Shown one piece after another: positions 40,472-52,928 of a DNA stretch of 64,000 bases. Positions within the stretch are counted from its first letter, which is position 1, and each line of letters starts with the position of its first letter. The notes beneath the pieces are model-generated. The model was not told the DNA's origin. It searched no databases and saw nothing but the letters and a program-made list of their open reading frames with translations. The position numbers were made by a program, and so were the translations under genes. Origin of the DNA: Okamejei kenojei (Eukaryota); NCBI GenBank assembly GCA_035221665.1, contig CM069142.1, positions 58,094,001 through 58,158,000 of the forward strand, in the 5' to 3' direction.

Positions 40472-41764
40472 TTGAAGAAGGGTCTCGACCCGAAACGTCA
40501 CCTATTCCTTTTCTCCAGAGATGCTGCTTGACCCGCTGAGTTACTCCAGCATTTTAGAAACATAGAAACATAGAAATTAGGTGCAGGAGTAGGCCATTCA
40601 GCCCTTCGAGCCTGCACCGCCATTCAATATGATCATGGCTGATCATCCAACTCAGTATCCCATACCTGCCTTCTCTCCATACCCTCTGATCCCCTTAGCC
40701 ACAAGGGCCACATCCAACTCACTCTTAAATATAGCCAATGAACTGGCCTCAACTACCCTCTGTGGCAGAGAGTTCCAGAGACTCACCACTCTCTGTGTGA
40801 AAAAAGTCTTTCTCATCTCGGTCTTAAAGGATTTCCCCCTTATCCTTAAGCTGTGACCCCTTGTGCTGGACTTCCCCAACATCGGGAACAATCTTCCTGC
40901 ATCTAGCCTGTCCAACCCCTTAAGAATTTTGTAAGTTTCTATAAGATCCCCTCTCAATCTCCTAAATTCCAGAGAGTATAAACCGAGTCTATCCAGTCTT
41001 TCTTCATAAGACAGTCCTGACATCCCAGGAATCAGTCTGGTGAACCTTCTCTGCACTCCCTCTATGGCAATAATGTCCTTCCTCAGATTTGGAGACCAAA
41101 ACTGTACGCAATACTCCAGGTGTGGTCTCACCAAGACCCTGTACAACTGAAGTAGAACCTCCCTGCTCCTGTACTCAAATCCTTTTGCTATGAAAGCTAA
41201 CATACCGTTCGCTTTTTCACTGCCTGCTGCACCTGCATGCCTACTTTCAATGACTGGTGTACCATGACACCCAGGTCTCGCTGCATCTCCCCTTTTCCTA
41301 ATCGGCCACCATTTAAATAATAGTCTGCTTTCCTGTTTTTTGCCACCAAAGTGGATAACCTCACATTTATCCACATTATACTGCATCTGCCAAACATTTG
41401 CCCACTCACCCAGCCTATCCAAGTCACCTTGCAGTCTCCTAGCATCCTCCTCACAGCGAACACTGCCCCCCAGCTTAGTGTCATCCGCAAACTTGGAGAT
41501 ATTGCCTTCAATTCCCTCATCCAGATCATTAATATATATTGTAAATAGCTGGGGTCCCAGCACTGAGCCCTGCGGTACCCCACTAGTTACTGCCTGCCAT
41601 TGTGAAAAGGACCCGTTTACTCCTACTCTTTGCTTCCTGTTTGCCAGCCAGTTCTCTATCCACATCAATACTGAACCCCTAATACCGTATGCTTTAAGTT
41701 TGTATACTGTGTCTTTTGTGTCTATCTTTGGTGTAAAACCAGCATCTGCAGTTCCTTCCTACTC
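40472..41764 (+). mobile_element. PLE terminal-repeat insertion with 14 bp TSD, split by a nested CR1
   Basis: TSD aacaaaataagggt at 40458-40471 and 41765-41778. Repeat halves lie at 40472-40555 and about 41715-41764. Confidence 0.8.
40556..41707 (-). mobile_element. CR1 LINE, 5'-truncated and young (RT C-terminus plus 3' UTR)
   Basis: ORF 40652-41668 contains VTSGVPQGSVLGPQLFTIYINDL...ISKFADDTKL. (TTTCTATG)n-type tail. Confidence 0.95.
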
Positions 41765-42154
41765 AACAAAATAAGGGTGATCAGTGTGTTTGGGATATAT
41801 CACAGATCTCCTACCATTCACTGGGTGAAAAGAAGAGCAGAGAGCCAAATAAAGCTACGTAAAATGTGTGAAAATAATAGATAAATAGTTGAAGGGGACT
41901 TCCACAATATTAACAGACATCAATTTAGTTTGAAAGGCTTTGAGTGGGGTAGAATTATTTTAATGTGTGCAGGGGAATTTTTTGAAACATGTGGATAATC
42001 CTGCAAGACTATGCAAGGTACAGGAGCTGTTATTTAAGAATGTAACCAGGCAAGTCAAGCATTGATATAATGGTGGTAGATTTCAAAGAAAGTAACTATA
42101 AATCAGTGAGTATTGTGAAGAAGGACAAGTTAGACTGGAAGTTAAGGTCCTGAA

Positions 42155-42462
42155 TTTAGTTTAGTTTAGAGATAACAGCGCAGAAATAGGCCCTTCTGCC
42201 CATCAAATCCATGCCGACCAGCGATCACTCCGTACACTTGCACTGTGCTACACACTAGGGATCATTTACAATTTTAGTGAAGCCAATTCACTTACAAACG
42301 TACATCTTTGGAGTGTGGGAGGAAACCGGAGCACTCGGAGAAAACCCACACGGTCACAGGGAGAACGTACAAACTCCACACAGACCGCACCCATAGTTAG
42401 GATCGAACCCAGGTCTCTGGCGCTGTGAGGCAGCTGCTCTACTGCTGTGCGACTGTGCCACC
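42155..42462 (-). mobile_element. V-SINE (HE1-like)
   Basis: Family match, full length. Confidence 0.88.
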
Positions 42463-42974
42463 CAGTTACATGCAAGTAAGTTTGCATATAACCAGCAGGA
42501 TTCTGTACCAACTTGTTCCTATTATAGTGAAAGACATGGTCATTGTTGTATTCAACCGTGGAGTAGGCACAATGGTCTGAATGGCCTGCTATTTATATTT
42601 AATCGATTCCTATCTTTATTGTTTCTTTCATTGTTAATGGTGACTGACTCATTTTCATTAGAACTAAAGTGCATTTGCCAAAAATAAATTGTCATCATGC
42701 CAAGTCTTAGTTGCACATGATGACACCATATAATTTAACTTGATTTTGTACAACTTTGTGAATCACTCAAGGGCTCGAAACAAATTAAAAATAAAGGAAG
42801 TCTTTTCATTCCACATACATTTGCATATTACTGCGCATTCATTGGAATGTAAAGTTGCACAAAAAACCTATTGACCACAATTTTCTGGAACATTTGGTGA
42901 ATATTTCAAATACTATTGCCTGCACCAAAGCACAAAGGTGAATATCTATTCTGGAGTAATCATGCTGGGTAAAG

Positions 42975-43282
42975 TTTAATTTAGTTTAGAGATACAGCAT
43001 GGAAACAGGCCCTTCGGTCCATCAAGTCTATACCGACCATCCATCACCCATTCACTAGATCAATGTTATCACACTTTCCCACTCCCTACACACTAGGGAC
43101 AATTTACTTAGGCCAATTAACCTACAAACCCGCATGTCTTTGGGAAGTGGGACGAAACCGGAGCACCCAGAGGATTCACTCACAAGGAGAGCATGCCAAC
43201 TCCACACAAACAGCACCCGAGGTCAGGATGGAACCCGGGTCTCTGGTGTTGTTTGGCAATAGTTCAATCAGCTGCGCCACTG
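42975..43282 (-). mobile_element. V-SINE (HE1-like)
   Basis: Family match. Confidence 0.85.
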
Positions 43283-43849
43283 AGTCGCAAAAGCTTGCAG
43301 TAACCAGACTGGATCTTTGCCATGTTCATAAGGGAACCAATCTCTTGAATGTTTCTCAGCCTGAAATGTTAATTGATTTTCTCTTTGCACAGATTATCTC
43401 TGCAATGCTGGGTACTTTCCAGAGTTAAAACAATTATTGTTATTAATAATGCAGTTTTACAAAAGTACAAATTGGCAGAATGCTGAAGCAGAGCAAAATA
43501 GATTGGTTAAACATTGATCAAAGAAAAATCAATGTGAAATAGGTTTCCGTGAAAGAGAAATAGTGTTAATGAATATAAGAAATAGATTTGTTTCTGATGA
43601 GAGAATGAGTTGAGAATTTCAAGCAGAGTCATGGTAGAAGGTGTTAATTTTACTTCAGAGTCACGTGAGTGACTACGTGAAGAACCCCGTACAGCCGTTC
43701 GTGCGTCATTACGTCAGACGCTTTCGTACAGACGACTGTGGAGCAGCGCAGCTCCTCCAACGCTGAGTCTAAAAAAGTTTCAGGTAAGTGCTATTTCTTA
43801 CCTGTTCTAGGTTTCCTTCAGGAACCTCCAGGGTTCTTGCGGGATGGTC

Positions 43850-44245
43850 GCCAGCGGTGCTCCAGCAGCGGCCCGGCTTCGGCGCTCCAGCGGCTCTCCA
43901 GCGGTGCTCCAGCGGCGGCCCGGCTTCGGGGCTTCGGCGCTCCAGCGGCTCTCCAGCGGTGCTCCAGCAGCGGCCCGGCTTCGGCGCTCCAGCGGCTCTC
44001 CAGCGGTGCTCCAGCGGCGGCCCGGCTTCGGGGCTTCGGCGCTCCAGCGGCTCTCCAGCGGTGTTCCAGCAGCGGCCCGGCTTCGGCGCTCCAGCGGCTC
44101 TCCAGCGGTGCTCCAGCGGCGGCCCGGCTTCGGAGCTCCGGCAGTTGCTCCAGCGGCGGCCCGGCTTCGGGGCTTCGGCGCTCCAGCGGCTCTCCAGCGG
44201 TGCTCCAGCGGCGGCCCGGCTTCAGAGCTCCGGCGGCTCCAGCGT
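43850..44245. repeat. GC-rich minisatellite with alternating 47/55 bp units (102 bp higher-order period)
   Basis: Repeated ctccagcggctctccagcggtgctccagc(a/g)gcggcccggcttcgg. The 34-aa period is visible in the ORF track. Confidence 0.9.
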
Positions 44246-44299
44246 TCCCGTGGTCGATCCTGATTGGGAGCTGTGGTGGTGTTCCGGCATTCCGGCAAC

Positions 44300-44600
44300 G
44301 GCGGCGGTGACGGCCTGGCTTCGGAGGCTCGGCCGCGGGCCTAGTGGACGATGACATCGAAGGCCTGGATTGCCTCAGTACAGAGGGGGAACAAGTAGGG
44401 GAAAAAGACAAAGACTTTAAGACTTTTGCCTTCCACCACAGTGAGGAGGTGCCTGGTGAACTCACTGTGGTGGATGTTAAATATGTGTTTATTGTGTGTT
44501 TTGTTTTAATTTATTACATGTTATGACTGCAATGTAACAAATTTCGTTCAGACCGAAAGGTCTGAATGACTATAAAGGAATCTGAATCTGAATCTGAATA
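44300..44600 (+). mobile_element. 3' end of a non-LTR element nested in DIRS copy 1
   Basis: Terminal stem-loop cgttcagacc-GAAA-ggtctgaatg (44545-44568), then tataaa and an (AATCTG)n tail at 44579-44600. Confidence 0.65.
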
Positions 44601-44746
44601 TGAATCCTAGGGCTTTGGGGGGAAAACCCTGGTCTGACCGCGGGAGCGGGGAGCTGGCGAATGTCGGGTTTGCAATCGGAGTCACTGATAACACGGTCAG
44701 TGACTCCACATGTTGGGTTCCCGGGGAGGGGATACCCGAGAATAGT

Positions 44747-44958
44747 GCGGTTCCAGACCGCAGTAGTCCCTAGGGGATGGGGCTTACCGGACCTGAACAG
44801 TCAGCCTAGGTTCCCGGTGGTGGGGAAACTTAACTGTATGCGGTTCCCAGACCGCAGTAGTCCCTAGGGGATGGGGCTTAACAGACCTGAACGGTCAGCC
44901 TGAGTTCCCGGTGGTGGGGAAACTAAAGTGTATGCGGTTCCCAGACCGCAGTAGTCCC
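44747..44958. repeat. Tandem repeat of about 93 bp, 2.2 copies, inside DIRS copy 1
   Basis: gcggttcc(c)agaccgcagtagtccc recurs at about 44747, 44840 and 44934. Confidence 0.85.
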
Positions 44959-47900
44959 CAAGAAATGCGGTTTAATTCACGTAAATGAGTAGCCCGGGTG
45001 CCCGGGGATTGATTCCCGGGGAGGGGAAATTCACTTATAGGGTTCCCTACCCACAATAATCCCCAGGATATGGGGACAGCTGCCAAATAAAGAAAGATTT
45101 GGTAGGTTCATCTCTGGGAATGAATTTAGAGAAAATCCTTTAGGCAGGTGGTGGATCAGTAGTAAAGTTTATGGCAATGGCAGCCTATGGCAGAAGCTGA
45201 GCCAGCAGCACCTTTGGGAAGGGCTGCATCATGGGAATGCCAAGTTACGGCAGGCTAGCCTATTGGAGAGGCTGTGCCAGCAGCACCTTTGCTCAGGGCT
45301 GCTTCATGAGAACGCCAAATCTATGGCAAATACTGGCCTATGGGAAAGGCCGCGCCAGCAGCACCTTTGTTCAGGGCTGCTTTATGGGCGCCAGCGGTAC
45401 CTACTTCAGGGCTGCTTTATGGGAATAGCTGTTTAGTAGGGTATTCCCATTTACAGTGATCATGGGGGATGAGGGGTCATTGTTAGGATGAGGCAATATA
45501 ACAGAATCTGTTAAGTCTTAAACTACATTTGAGAAATTGGGCTCCTCCATCCAGCTAGATTAAGTCTATCAAATAGACTTGTAGGATGTTGGGATTCACT
45601 TTTAGGTATTCAATTGGCTGTGATGCTGGCCTGGGCAACAGATGGCAGTCAATAAACTCTGGTAACAGGTTTACTAGTCGTTAGATTAATTGTTAATAGT
45701 ATAGATGTGATTCAGCTGTGCAAGTAAGACAACTTATCGTGTTAAATGGTTAACTATTAAGTGCCTTATAGGTCATTGTTAACACACCTTGTTTCTCCAG
45801 GTGAAATTAATAAAGTCACAAGGATGGACAAACAGTATTTGTTACTGCTCCAGTTGTTGTTAAGTAAATCTTTAATTATATTACAAAATGGTGCTAATGG
45901 CCCTAAATAGGAAATTGTGTCAGCAGTGCTTTTAGCAGGCCTGCGTAAGGTCTCCCTCATGTAGGAGGAGAGCATGCTGTGTCAGTATTATTCTGACGCT
46001 GGGGCCATGGCAAAGTCGGCGTATTGCTGAAGCTGCGCCAGCAGCACCTTGTATCAGGGCTCCTTAATGGCTCCGTCATGTAAGAGGAGAGCATGTGGGA
46101 TAGGTATAGTCTAATGCCGAGTCTGAGGGTATAGCCATAGAGAATGCCCAAGGGATTCAGGGCATGTGCCCAGAGGTCTATGCCTGGCCAGAAAGTTACC
46201 ATCCCAAACACATATGCAGTGAATACCGCTCTAAGGGGGACATTACAGTTGGCCGTCGAATCTTCTATTCAGGTAAGACCTTTCCATAGGCGAAACCTGG
46301 AGGACAAAGCACAAGCTATTGGAACGAGCAAGTTTTCATAGTTTTGGTGATAATGCACCCCACGTCTTTATTGACAGTAAGCGGTTCACTGAAGTTGGTG
46401 GCAGCATGAAGGCTGGCCACAGGTTCCACGCACTGTACCTGTGCTACTCTACAATTAAGGGACCACTTACAGCTTGGTAAGGTGTACAGTTAGTTATACA
46501 TTACGAATGATTGAGACATTCTCAGCTAATTTGAGGGGTCTAATCATGTAAAATGGTCTGTTCTAGCTTTTCAAGCAGGTTAGAATTGCGCAGGTTCAGT
46601 AGAAGGACCAAGATTGTCTTACAAGACCGGTTCGGAAATCGGGCCACAGTTGCTGTTTACGGCAGATACCAAGTTGCAAATATCATCTCAAGTTTGGAGG
46701 TGGAGCAGATTTGCATGATTTGCAAAAAAATGTCTGTTGTGGGTATCAACTATCTATAGACCCTACGGGCATCGTATGGGTTAAAGAGTGATTGGACAAA
46801 TGTGCATATTGTGATGCTCAGGTTGATACATTATGATGATGGCATATGTTAGTCACGAGGGTGCAATCAGTTAAAGACCCACGGAATGGTTACATATCTT
46901 GTTGTCACAGGAGAATCAGAAGTATAGGTTAATGGCAACACAGAATTGGTGTTGAATTACACTATATTATGAAATTCTGGTTAATGGAGCACCTAACATG
47001 GTTTCATGTTTATTTCACTGGTTGCAAAATATGTGGCATTACAGTGGCGAAACATACATTTTCGCTAAAAGGAGTAGGAAGGACTTTTATGACTCCCTCC
47101 ATTTTGTTTATCAATTGAGGTTTCAAATAAAGTCATTAAGAGGCCACTTAAGGTTCCTATTGAGTGATTATGCAAATTGATTCCTGATTTGTCGCAAATA
47201 ATATAACCTTATTTGGTTATTTTAAATGTAATTTGCTGGTTCAGCCCGAGACTTGGAAAATCAGTTGTTGCATGATAAACTCAAATTATGTTCTGCAGGT
47301 TTAATAAACTGCCCTAAGGTTTTGGTTGTTACATCTATCCTTCTATGTGTTCAAAGTGCTTGCATAGCACCAAACTGCAGAATTTTCTTTTCCAGGAGAT
47401 GAAAGAGTTTGTTATGCTTATGTTCCATGGAAAATGTTATTGATTGCTAATGTTTCGGGTTCATGCTAAATGATTGTTTGTTAATTATGGAGTTACACGG
47501 CCATTAATTGGGTTATCAAGGGGTAGGATATCTTCAACATGGTTCCCAGGACCAATATAATGCCATATGCGATGTTGACATTTGTGAACACTATTTCACC
47601 AGGAGGCTGCAGCTATATCCTTAAATTTGGCTAGAGTTTATTAGGTAGTTATCCTTCTGGCACTGGTTTATGCAGCAGGTTCAGTCGCTACATAATTGTG
47701 ATGGTACAGGATGATAATGTCTGTAAATTATAATATATAATATTATGTTATAAATACTTGAGCAGACCAGAAGGGGGTCAGGTCTCAAAATAGTCACAGG
47801 CACACCAGGGGACCTTTGATAAGGTAAGCACACATATATACAACAATATGTCAAGGTCATCAAGAGCCTTGGAGTTCTGGACTAGCAATGTTGTTAGTCA

Positions 47901-48660
47901 CAAAAGATAAATAAATAATTTGGGAGATTATTGTTCAGGCCATTCCAGATGATAAAAACAGATTTGTGTTATGTACTAATGGATTCTGATTCCATATCTC
48001 ATTACACCAGGGCTGCTACAATATCAGCAGCAGGGGTATTTATGTTCCGCTGGGTCACATTGTTACAGCTGCAGCATGGTCAAATGAACGAATCTCCAAA
48101 CATCTGTAATGACCCATTGCTGAACCAGGGTTATTTGTTAACTCTGTTCTGGTTATGTTTTCCATCTGGGTGAGAGATGGAAATATTATTGTTTCATTTA
48201 AACAGCATCAGCATGTTTTACATCTATGTTATGCCTGTATGCATTATGAATGTTTTCCCTTCATTTGTCAATGAAGCAGGTGTGGTTGTGTACACTCGTT
48301 TCACATGGCATGAAATCACAGAGCTTCGAAGTCTTCACGAAGTCACTCACATGACTCCGAAGTAAAATAATAAGATTAAATGAGAACTTACCAGTTTGAA
48401 GTTTGATCTTCATTTTATGAGGAGTCGAGTTGAGGGACTACGTGCCCTCCGCTCTCAGCCCTCATAGATCTCATCTGGTAGTTCTAGTCTTTGTTATCTT
48501 ACCATTATACTTCAGTCATTATTATCTGTGATTTCACACCATTGCTATGAGGATTGACGCACGAATGGCTGTACGGGGTTCTTCACGTAGTCCCTCAACT
48601 CGACTCCTCATAAAATAAAGATCAAACTTCAAACCGGTAAGTTCTCATTTAATCTTACTA

Positions 48661-51581
48661 TTTTACTTCGGAGTCACATGAGTGACTACATGAAGAAGGC
48701 CGTCAGCCCACATGTGCGTCATTATGTCTAGCGCATTGCGCAACGACTGACTGGCTGGCGCGCTGCTCCTGCCAGCGGTAAGTTTAAACCGGCAAGGTAA
48801 GTTTAAAACTTATTTCTAGGTTTTGTTTTTTGTGTTGCAGGAAGCTCCTTATAGAGTTTGCCTGCTGGATTCGGGACTAAGTCGGACGGGCCGCGGGGAA
48901 ACCGGTTATGGATCGTGGGGAGATCCCGGACAGTGGAAACGCGGGTAGCCTGCGGCCTTCGGGTTTGTTTCCCAAGTCGCTGACAAGGAGGTCAACGACA
49001 CCCAGAAGGGGAGTGCGAGTGGTGGTTCCCCAAGAAAGGGGGTAGACCAAGAGAAAGCTATGGTTCCCCCAGAAAAGGGGTAAAACTGGTAGTAAGCCGG
49101 TCTCGCCACCGAGTCACTGACAGTGCGGTCAGTGGCTCCCAGACAGCTATGGTTCCCCAGAGACGGAGCCAAACCATGTGGAAGCCGGTCAGGCCTTGGG
49201 ACTCGGGCGAGTTGGGCCAGGAGGGTTCCCCTCCTTCAATGGGTAGCATCTACGGACGCCTAAACCCACATGGAGCACCTGATGGAGCGGTGTTCCGCAA
49301 TGTTTTACTCCAAAGGAGGGAGTTATTAGCGCGAGTCTCCTCGGGGGGTCCCGCGGCAGCGGCACCTGTTTTCAGGGCTGCACAATGTCTCCCTCTCTGA
49401 GGAGGGGAGCATTCGGGGTCAGTTTCAGTCTGACCCAGAGCAAAAATCCTGATATAGGTCCGAAGGATGGGCCATGTCAGCGCAGGTATCCTCGGGTAGT
49501 GGAGGGGAGTGTGAATAAATACTCGCAAGCGAAGGGGTTACTGCCAGAAGAATTGGTTCCAGCCGTATGCAGAAAACCCAGAAGGGACCAGAGTTTCCCT
49601 CGTGCTACAAGTGCCGGTAGTGAACAGAGCTATCAGGGGTAACATTGGAGGGGGCATGAAATCCAGGAAATGAAACCAGCGCCGAATCTTCTCTTCAGGT
49701 AAGACTTATCCAACAGGTATACCTGGATGAGGAAGCAAGCTTCATTGTATCGGCGACGACACCCCCCACGCCTCATCAGCAGTAAGCAGTTCACTGAAGC
49801 TGGTGGCAGCTTGGAAGCTGGGCAGAAGTCTTTCAGGCCAAGGCCCAAGCAGGTCTCAGGAAATATGGAATCCACATACACTACCATTCCTACTCTCCAA
49901 TCAAGGAGGGGAATAAAACCCACATCAGGGGCCTTTGGGCTTACCATAAGACTACCGGTAACCATGGAGGTAGGTGGGTCTGGTTCTTCCGAAACATGGG
50001 ATAAGTGGACCATTTACAAGTTGGTAATATTTACACTTGTTTTTGTACAAATGACAATGATAACATGAGATTCAGATCAATTATATACTAAAATATATAT
50101 CTCGGACTGGAAGGGCCGAGAGGGCCTGTTTCCGTGCTGTAATTGTTATATGGTTAAAATGATAACATGGGATGGGTTATTATTGCACCCAGAAAAAAGC
50201 AGTACATTGCCTCTTCAGGAGATGGGAAGCGTTCTGTTTAAATGCTATGTTACATATAATACGGCATTGACACTGACATCTTAGAGTTAATTTTCTGATG
50301 GGTCCTTGACAATAAATTCATGTTAGAGTCCCATTAACTGTGCCCAACGTGCTTCTCATCATATTTGCTGCAGCGAGCGGGACCCGCTCTGCCGGGTCTC
50401 ACCCTCTGATGTCCAGTTTATTAAGGATATCTTTACCACAAGATCTCCCAGACCCAAGTACACGGAAGTATGAGATATTGACATTGTGTTAACACTTCTT
50501 CACCACGGGGCTCCAGCTGTATCCCTATCTTTGGCTCGGTTCTCATAAGGTAGTTATCCCCCTGGCGCTGTCCTCAGCGCACAGGTCCAGTCATTACATA
50601 AATTGCAACTGGACAGGATGGTTATACCTGCTGTATATAATATTTCATGTTTACGATTTAGTTAACCTGGCAGCCCAGGGGTGTCGGGTCTCAAGCTAGT
50701 TCTCATGGCATACCCCATGCACCTTCGGTTATGTGTGGTCACACATTTACAACATTGCGTCAAGGTCATCTAGAGCCTTAGAGGCTCTGATACTAGCTAT
50801 GTTAGTTAGTTACAAAAAACCTCATAAGAAGGTATCAGTTCAAACCATCTCCAGGTGGTTAATACGGGGTTTTGGCTTATACAGGAGTAGATACTAATTT
50901 TCTAATCTCACTCCACCAGGGCTGCTACAACATCAGCAGCAAGGGTTATGTGCGGTCCTCTGGACCACATCCTGCCGACTGCAGGATGGTCTAACGAGGT
51001 TTCCAACATTTTATTTTAACCCATTGCCAGACCAGGGGTATTTGCCAAGTCTATTTTAGATTCTAATTTGTAGTTTCCCCTCGGATGAGAGGGGTACTGT
51101 TATTATTATTTGTTCATTTATCAGCAGCATGTTTTAAATCTATGTCATGTCTGAATGCATTATGAATGTTTCCCTTATATTTGGTCAACTGATGCAGTCG
51201 TGCTTGTGTGGACTCGTTTTTCCACAGCATGAAATCACAGCTTTAAAATCTTCACGTAGTCACTCACGTGACTCCGAAGTAAAATAGTAAGATTAAATGT
51301 GAACTTACCAGTTTGAAGTTTGATCTTTATTTTATGAGGAGTTACAATGAGCGATTACATGCCCTCCACTCCCAACCCTCGTATCATAAAGATCATCTGG
51401 TAGTTCTAGTCATCTCTAATCGTACTATATTAGTTCAACAACTGTTATCTATGATTTCACACCGCTGCTTTGAAGATTGACGCGCATGCGGGCTGACGGC
51501 CTTCTTCACGTAATCGCTAATCGTAACTCCTCATAAAATAGATTGAACTTCAAACTGGTAAGTTCTCGTCTAATCTTACTA
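48661..51581 (+). mobile_element. DIRS1-type retrotransposon, internally deleted, second subfamily (copy 2)
   Basis: Left ITR 48661-48721, ICR about 51249-51361, right ITR 51478-51581. YR motifs: GSHPLM..., PRPKYTEV, LALSSAHR, SYKKPHKKVSVQTISRWL and HSTRAATTSAA...LDHILPTAGWSN (from 50909). Confidence 0.88.
50380..51020 (+). pseudogene. Decayed tyrosine recombinase ORF of DIRS copy 2
   Basis: Catalytic-region motifs R...HSTR...GW typical of DIRS YRs, disrupted by stops and frameshifts. Confidence 0.8.
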
Positions 51582-52076
51582 TTAATGATGAATGATAGGT
51601 TTCATCAAGTTCAATCAATGGGACCTAAACAGGCCAGCTATCAAAATTGTAAAAAAACATTTTTTTTCCTGACATTTAAGAATGTTCTTAAGCTAGGGAT
51701 GTGGGGAAAATATGAGAATTGAATTTTAGCTTTGTACAGGAAAGTATTGAACTGTGGAACTGTCTTGAAGAGTTGACTGGCTGATCTCGGACAACTAGGG
51801 ACTGTGCCCATTCACAGAGGCAAAGACTGAGAAGTGAGGTGCTGCCTCTTCAAGCCCAAAGCTGAGCTGCTAGGATAAGCCTGAGACTGCCATCACCTGC
51901 TCTCAAGGCAAGGGTGAACTGCAGGGAGAAAGCTGAAGTTCCTCCTTCAAGACCAGGACTGAGCTGTCGCCTGCCGGGACAAGCCTGCGATCACCAACGT
52001 CACCACTCGTGCACTCTGACAATGAGAGACCGTTCCCCCACGTGGTCCTGGACTCTTGTCACTTTAAATAAAGCAT

Positions 52077-52312
52077 GGGTGGCGCAGTGGTAGAGTTGCT
52101 GCCTTACAGCGTCAGGGACCTGAGGTCAATAATGACCACAGGTGCTATCTGTACAGAGTTTGTGTGTTCTCCCTGTGAGATGGGGGTTGGTTAATTGTGT
52201 TTGGTTAGATTATAAATTGTCCCTTGTGTGTAGGATAGTGATAGTGCCAGTGATCAATGGTCCGTGTGGTCTCGGTGTGCTGAAGGGCATGTTTCTGCAC
52301 TGTCTCTCTAAA
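52077..52312 (+). mobile_element. V-SINE (HE1-like), internally deleted
   Basis: ggtggcgcagtggtagagttgctgccttacagcg. Confidence 0.8.
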
Positions 52313-52735
52313 GTCAGATCATGTGAGTTCACTCTACTGCGAGCGTCGGTGTGGTCATTGCCAAACTTGGCGTCACCCCCAACACCATAGTTGTAACAAT
52401 TATATAATTATGTAGAATGGAGGCTTCTGATCCCAACAGTCAAGGACTTATAGATTTGCAGTAGGTTAAGTGTGGAAGTTGAATTAAGCAAAAACAAAGA
52501 AAAGGATGGAAGATCTGAGGAATATTTGTCTCAGAACAGCTTCTCTTCATTTTCCAAATGTACAACAAGAGACATCAGATTGACTGGATTAGCAATAAGG
52601 CGTCAAACTAATCTGTCAGAAGACTCAAGAAAAAATGATTAAAGTGTTGCAAATTGTGAAGGTGGGGGTTTGATGAGGTGTGAATTGTATAGCTAGGGAA
52701 GGAGTGAAGGGGAGAGATAGTTACAAGGTCAGCAG

Positions 52736-52798
52736 CAAAGATCTTAGAGCGGAGCTTTTTCACGGAGTGAACCATCTTGCTCCACTCTAAGATCTTTG
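52736..52798. mobile_element. 63 bp miniature TIR element (CAAAGATCTTAGAGCGGAGC termini)
   Basis: 20 bp inverted termini with one mismatch. A related end in reverse orientation lies at about 58636-58680. Confidence 0.6.
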
Positions 52799-52928
52799 GG
52801 TTGAACATTGAATTCTGCAACTTTAATTAACATCGACAAAATTCCCTCCATTCCCTTTCTCCCCAATAAACCCCCCTCCCCACCCCCCCTTCCTTTATTT
52901 CATATGCCCCTCCCTTCCCTGAGCCCCC

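Larger units (their letters stand above)
40290..42152 (+). mobile_element. Old CR1 ORF2 endonuclease-domain remnant split by later insertions
   Basis: IWIELRNK at about 40443 continues after 41778 with GIYHRSP...GDFH, which are APE motifs. Confidence 0.55.
43648..48660 (+). mobile_element. DIRS1-type tyrosine-recombinase retrotransposon, degenerate (copy 1)
   Basis: Left ITR 43648-43708 is inverted relative to right ITR 48555-48660. The internal complementary region 48332-48444 is complementary to both outer ends. YR remnant SHYTRAATISAA...GHIVTAAAWSN lies at about 47995-48090, with decayed gag/RT-like sequence inside. Confidence 0.85.

Noticed and set aside
43780-43825. GTAAGT donor plus polypyrimidine-CAG just inside both DIRS left ends (also 48778-48840)
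   Set aside because: The implied introns (about 38 and 63 nt) are too short or borderline, and there is no transcript evidence.
43738-44465. Overlapping 139-215 aa ORFs in several frames
   Set aside because: Produced by a stop-free GC minisatellite.
43850-45430. Regularly spaced repeats resembling a CRISPR array
   Set aside because: Units are contiguous tandem repeats without unique spacers, in a vertebrate context with no cas genes.
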